10,244 nucleotides of DNA from a virus. Taxonomy: Duplodnaviria > Heunggongvirae > Uroviricota > Caudoviricetes. Position numbers and translations under genes: made by a program. The first letter of the stretch is position 1, and every line of letters begins with the position of its first letter. Below are positions 6,860 through 10,244 of this stretch, piece by piece. Under the pieces are notes generated by a model. It searched no databases, was not told where the DNA came from, and was given only the letters and a program-made list of their open reading frames with translations. The stretch lies in IMG/VR virus record IMGVR_UViG_3300012281_000038. The stretch is one strand, 5' to 3'.

Positions 6860-7700
6860 GGACCGCCTCCAGACGCTTAGCGAGCCAGCGTTGCGACAGG
6901 CGGGTGAGTTCTCCTTTGCGCTGCTCATATTCCATGCCCATATCAATTAACGTGATATTGGTGCTTTCGAGATATGAGAGGTGCTCAAGCTGTTCTGCGT
7001 TCATATGGTCGCGAGGTTCGCCAGAATAGCCATTTATCCGCGCCCACTGCTTAGCAGTTAGCCCACCAAGAACGATACGAGAAATCATATTGCTCTCGTT
7101 TGTGTAGTGGTGTTGCTGCGTCGTTTTACCCATCTCGGCACGGGCCATATTCAGCGCATCGCACATTGGCTTAAAGTTGTTTGCGGCACTGATACGGGCT
7201 TTTAGCTGGCGACGATAGCGGGCGGCGATTTCAGGCACGCTACGCTGTAATTCTTCCTCGCACTGGATGAAATAACGGCGGATAGCGCGACCCTGATCAT
7301 TGCGTTCGATCATTGCCAGTTCTTTCGCCATTCCGACACTTAACAGATAGTCTTTGCCGGGTCTGCCAGACTGCTTAATCTTGCTGTAAGCCGCGCCATT
7401 CGGGCTTTTCCCCAAATTTGGGGAAATTGTTTTATGGACTGAGTAATCGCGCCCAATGGTGAAGTCATACTCAGAGATGCGNNNNNNNNNNNNNNNNNNN
7501 NNNNNNNNNNNNNAGAAGTCTTTTCCCACGCCCAACGCTTTGTGTAACGCTTTTGCGCTAACAATATTGGTTTCACGCCCACCGATATGACCAGGAATAA
7601 CCGGGACAATTGCGGCAAATTCATTACCGTTAATTGTGCCCAGAAAGGCGTTCGGATGAGGGGCGGCCTCAGAAATTAATCTGCTTTTTTCGATGTTCAT
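6852..7700 (-). CDS. phage antirepressor-like protein (AntA N-terminal domain + KilA-C/ANT C-terminal domain)
   Basis: ATG 7700-7698 with GGAGA upstream. Motifs VSAKALHKALGVGKDF ... GRPGKDYLLSVGMAKELAMIERNDQGRAIRRYFIQCEEEL match the AntA/KilAC antirepressor pattern. A 32-N run (7482-7513) falls inside without disturbing the frame. Confidence 0.75.
   Translation of the reverse strand: MNIEKSRLISEAAPHPNAFLGTINGNEFAAIVPVIPGHIGGRETNIVSAKALHKALGVGKDFXXXXXXXXXXXRISEYDFTIGRDYSVHKTISPNLGKSPNGAAYSKIKQSGRPGKDYLLSVGMAKELAMIERNDQGRAIRRYFIQCEEELQRSVPEIAARYRRQLKARISAANNFKPMCDALNMARAEMGKTTQQHHYTNESNMISRIVLGGLTAKQWARINGYSGEPRDHMNAEQLEHLSYLESTNITLIDMGMEYEQRKGELTRLSQRWLAKRLEAVHV
7482..7513. other. run of 32 N (masked or unresolved bases) inside the antirepressor gene
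   Basis: Literal n characters. Confidence 0.95.
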
Positions 7701-7712
7701 TTTCAGTCTCCG

Positions 7713-8144
7713 TTAGGCGGCGTTAAACGCGTCCGGGTAGAGTTTCAGAATGTCGGCAATTTCCTGCTGAGAAAGTCCGTTGTGATCATTTATGTTCGCA
7801 AGATGGTTAACATGAGTGATCACTTTCAGAACATCACCACGGCAGGAGAAACGGTAGCGAAGGTGTGCTCCGATACCATCAGGATTCTTTTCGTCGATAC
7901 GCTCCAGAGTGATCCCAAGCTGGCGTTCTAACTCTGTTGCATAGTTACGACCAGAAGACAGACGGCAGTAGCGAAGAATGTCGTTTTCTGTCCATCCCTC
8001 TATACCAGTACGCAGCATATAGACTCGGGCGCGATGCTTTTTCGGTGTGCGCTTTGGTGCTTGAAGGGATTTTGTCAGGGGCGTAACATCAGATACGCGA
8101 ATATCTGAATTAGCCGCCTGTAATGGGCGGTTTTTCTTTTCCAT
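7713..8144 (-). CDS. hypothetical protein (143 aa), basic N-terminus, possible C-terminal helix-turn-helix
   Basis: ATG 8144-8142 overlaps the alpA-like stop (TGATG). Stop TAA 7715-7713. The C-terminal GLSQQEIADILKL resembles an HTH recognition segment. No family confidently recognised. Confidence 0.55.
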   Translation of the reverse strand: MEKKNRPLQAANSDIRVSDVTPLTKSLQAPKRTPKKHRARVYMLRTGIEGWTENDILRYCRLSSGRNYATELERQLGITLERIDEKNPDGIGAHLRYRFSCRGDVLKVITHVNHLANINDHNGLSQQEIADILKLYPDAFNAA

Positions 8145-8347
8145 CAGGCCACCTTCCCGCGGCGTTCTGCCAGCCAGTTGTGAATCTCAACCGCATCAAA
8201 CGCAGTTATTTTTTCTCCCAGCTTTACCGGACGTGGTAGTGAACCGTTTCTTACTTTACGGTCGATGGTGGATACACTAACGCCCAGCAATTCAGCCAAG
8301 CGGAAGCGTCTGATATAGCCTTTTGTAGGAATAGTGTCAGTGTTCAT
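8144..8347 (-). CDS. alpA: AlpA-family phage transcriptional regulator / excisionase-like HTH protein (67 aa)
   Basis: Translation MNTDTIPTKGYIRRFRLAELLGVSVSTIDRKVRNGSLPRPVKLGEKITAFDAVEIHNWLAERRG fits the AlpA (Phage_AlpA) HTH pattern. ATG 8347-8345. Position between integrase and replication genes is typical. Confidence 0.8.
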   Translation of the reverse strand: MNTDTIPTKGYIRRFRLAELLGVSVSTIDRKVRNGSLPRPVKLGEKITAFDAVEIHNWLAERRGKVA

Positions 8348-8420
8348 GCTTCCCGTAACCTCTTAACGATAGTTGTTGCTTCGTTACGAGAAAACTAACT
8401 GTATAGATATACAATGAAAA

Positions 8421-8442
8421 GGTACTGTATTTTTGCAGTACC
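8421..8442 (-). terminator. hairpin GGTACTG-N8-CAGTACC followed by TTTTCATT on the minus strand; possible terminator of the int-cargo transcript, or an operator
   Basis: Perfect 7-bp inverted repeat (8421-8427 / 8436-8442) starting 12 nt after the stop of the 316-aa gene, with a T-rich tail on the minus strand. Confidence 0.4.
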
Positions 8443-8453
8443 TCTATAGTAAG

Positions 8454-9404
8454 TTAACTATCTACTTTGCCATTTGCCGCAGCTCGTAGATGTTTAAGAA
8501 TTACATCTTCATTAGTTATCATAAGTGGTGGAACTTCGCCTAAATGCCGAACAAGGCAGTCACGCCACTTTTCCGGGCTTATTTCTTTCCTTTCTCCTCT
8601 GCATTCATCTGGATACTTACTAAGTATATAAATTGCAGATTTTAATAGTTTCTCCCTATTGACAGCGTGTCGTTCGGCACGTTTATTGACTTTCAACGTG
8701 TTTATATCATTGGATAACTTGTTTGCAGAAGGCTTGTGCGTGGGTTTATCATAAATATATCTTCCTCCATTGATAAGGAGATTGAATTCATAATCAGTTA
8801 TATACATTTTGTTCCGGCTTACTTCATACCATCCGTCAATATAAAAAGTTCCGATTTCATAATCCGGCGATTTATAAAAATCGTCACATCTTGGCGGCGT
8901 CAATTCGCATACTGAAATCTCCCAATCATCCCATTCTGATAGCTCTCGCTCATCGTTATCTATGAATGCAGGAGGAATTGCTAATAGACCGCACCATCTT
9001 TCTATCTCTCTTTTATCCTTTCCGACATTGTATCGCTCTATAACTGAAAAATGCTCTGATTTGTATGAAAATCTAATAAAATACAGGTGGTTATCGTCAT
9101 TTTTGTCATCAAGGGATGATAATCCATATGATTCAGGATCATCTATATTATCGCTCAGTCCAAGAAGGTAGTTCTCATTTGCCACTTTCTCATCTATATC
9201 GAAAAAGCTATCTGTTTCAACTTTAAGTAATTCTGGCTCGGCATTTTCATCTTTTGGGTAATGGTAAAACAATTCAATAGGTGGAATCTTTGTGCATATT
9301 TCTAAAACCCCAATTGCTGCATAGTGTATTAAATCGGATACTTCACATCCGGCCAGTTTGGCTGCTTTATCCAAAGAATAATATTTATGCGCAGGTAATT
9401 TCAT
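8454..9404 (-). CDS. hypothetical protein (316 aa), low-GC cargo gene; possible N-terminal HTH, acidic central region; function unknown
   Basis: ATG 9404-9402 with strong RBS GGAGGAGAG seven nt upstream, 18 nt after the integrase stop. GC is about 33-38% in sampled stretches against about 50-53% for neighbouring genes. The N-terminal YSLDKAAKLAGCEVSDLIHYAAIGVL resembles an excisionase/MerR-type HTH. No catalytic motif recognised. Confidence 0.7.
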   Translation of the reverse strand: MKLPAHKYYSLDKAAKLAGCEVSDLIHYAAIGVLEICTKIPPIELFYHYPKDENAEPELLKVETDSFFDIDEKVANENYLLGLSDNIDDPESYGLSSLDDKNDDNHLYFIRFSYKSEHFSVIERYNVGKDKREIERWCGLLAIPPAFIDNDERELSEWDDWEISVCELTPPRCDDFYKSPDYEIGTFYIDGWYEVSRNKMYITDYEFNLLINGGRYIYDKPTHKPSANKLSNDINTLKVNKRAERHAVNREKLLKSAIYILSKYPDECRGERKEISPEKWRDCLVRHLGEVPPLMITNEDVILKHLRAAANGKVDS

Positions 9405-9422
9405 TATGAATCTCTCCTCCCA

Positions 9423-10244
9423 TCATGCTCTAATTGGTGTCACGTTGTAGTCTTTTCCGCTTTCCAGTGCCACCAGCAGATCAGCCCACTGTGCCAGTGC
9501 TGCTTTACGCTCATCAAAATACTGATGGCGGTTATAAATCCCCTCTATGCCCTTAATGCGATGATTGAGGCATCGTTCCGCCACGACAGGATCAACACCC
9601 AACGCTGCTAAATGAGTACGTGCGGTGCGTCGGAAGTCGTGAATCGTGAAATTAGGCACATCCGGCATTTCGGCGCGAACCTTAGCCAGTGCTACGGGTA
9701 AAGTGCTTTCCTGAATATGTGGGATCATTCTGTTTTGCATTTTCCTGGCTGGAAGCACCCATGCGCTATTACATGAAAAGGTGTGAAGCTCTCTCAACCA
9801 TTCAACGGCTGGGGAAGGTAGAGGTATATCAATAGGGTCTCCGTTTTTGCTGCGTTCTTCCGGCAAATGCCATACCGCACCATCTAAATCAAACTCTTCC
9901 CATCGTGCGGCGCATAACTCCATCTTACGAACGCATAGTGCCAGCAATAGCTTAAATGTCAGTTCGTTCTGGCGGCTGAATCCTTTTGCGGTGCGCATAG
10001 CCTCGAATAGCCTGATAAGCTCATCGCGAGTTAGCCAACGGTCGCGGGAAACCTCTTTACCACCAGCATCAGATACTTCAAACGCTGAACAAGGGTTTAT
10101 CTCCAGAGCGTGGCGTTTTATCCCATAGTCAAAGATACGGCGTGTCCAGCGTAATACATCTGTTGCTATCGTTGGTGCTCCTCGGTCAACGATACCTTTC
10201 AACATGTCGTCAATGTGGCGTGGCTTAACGTCCTCTACCTTCAT
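9423..10244 (-). CDS. int: tyrosine recombinase / phage integrase, C-terminal catalytic portion (N-terminus lies beyond the right edge)
   Basis: Catalytic-domain motifs: R in LCVRKMELCAARWEE, HDFRRTARTHLAALG (H-x-x-R), NHRIKGIEGIYNRHQY (catalytic Tyr region). Stop TGA 9425-9423. The ATG at the window edge is probably internal. Confidence 0.9.
   Translation of the reverse strand: MKVEDVKPRHIDDMLKGIVDRGAPTIATDVLRWTRRIFDYGIKRHALEINPCSAFEVSDAGGKEVSRDRWLTRDELIRLFEAMRTAKGFSRQNELTFKLLLALCVRKMELCAARWEEFDLDGAVWHLPEERSKNGDPIDIPLPSPAVEWLRELHTFSCNSAWVLPARKMQNRMIPHIQESTLPVALAKVRAEMPDVPNFTIHDFRRTARTHLAALGVDPVVAERCLNHRIKGIEGIYNRHQYFDERKAALAQWADLLVALESGKDYNVTPIRA

Noticed and set aside
8349-8420. Specific -35/-10 promoter call for alpA
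   Set aside because: Several weak hexamer combinations are possible (for example TTCATT ... TAGTTT) but none is convincing enough to annotate from sequence alone.
1-10244. tRNA/tmRNA gene, attachment-site direct repeats, IS element or transposase
   Set aside because: No cloverleaf-like sequence, terminal inverted repeats or transposase ORF seen; the integrase N-terminus and likely att site lie beyond the right edge.

Overview
The window reads as the left arm of a P4-like / PICI-like integrative satellite element of an enterobacterial-type genome. That classification is inference from gene content and order, not a database hit. Essentially every credible gene is on the minus strand, as one long co-directional array running from high to low coordinates: a tyrosine integrase (C-terminal part, 9423-10244), a low-GC 316-aa cargo gene, an AlpA-family regulator, a 143-aa protein, an AntA/KilAC-type antirepressor, a run of tightly coupled small ORFs (5-8 of them, depending on how the 355-aa ORF and the gap-interrupted gene are resolved), and a large zinc-ribbon + TOPRIM + P-loop primase-helicase (1015-3727). 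Downstream of the primase sit an iteron array with two palindromes (putative origin), an intrinsic terminator, and a separate small two-gene unit preceded by a LexA-box-like palindrome. Three runs of N (3132-3141, 4239-4290, 7482-7513) interrupt genes. The most interesting candidates are the low-GC cargo gene between int and alpA, the structured and repeat-containing stretch inside the dubious 355-aa ORF, and a 22-bp element duplicated 5.8 kb apart. No capsid, tail or lysis genes are present. All domain calls come from motifs recognised by eye in the translations; no searches were run.
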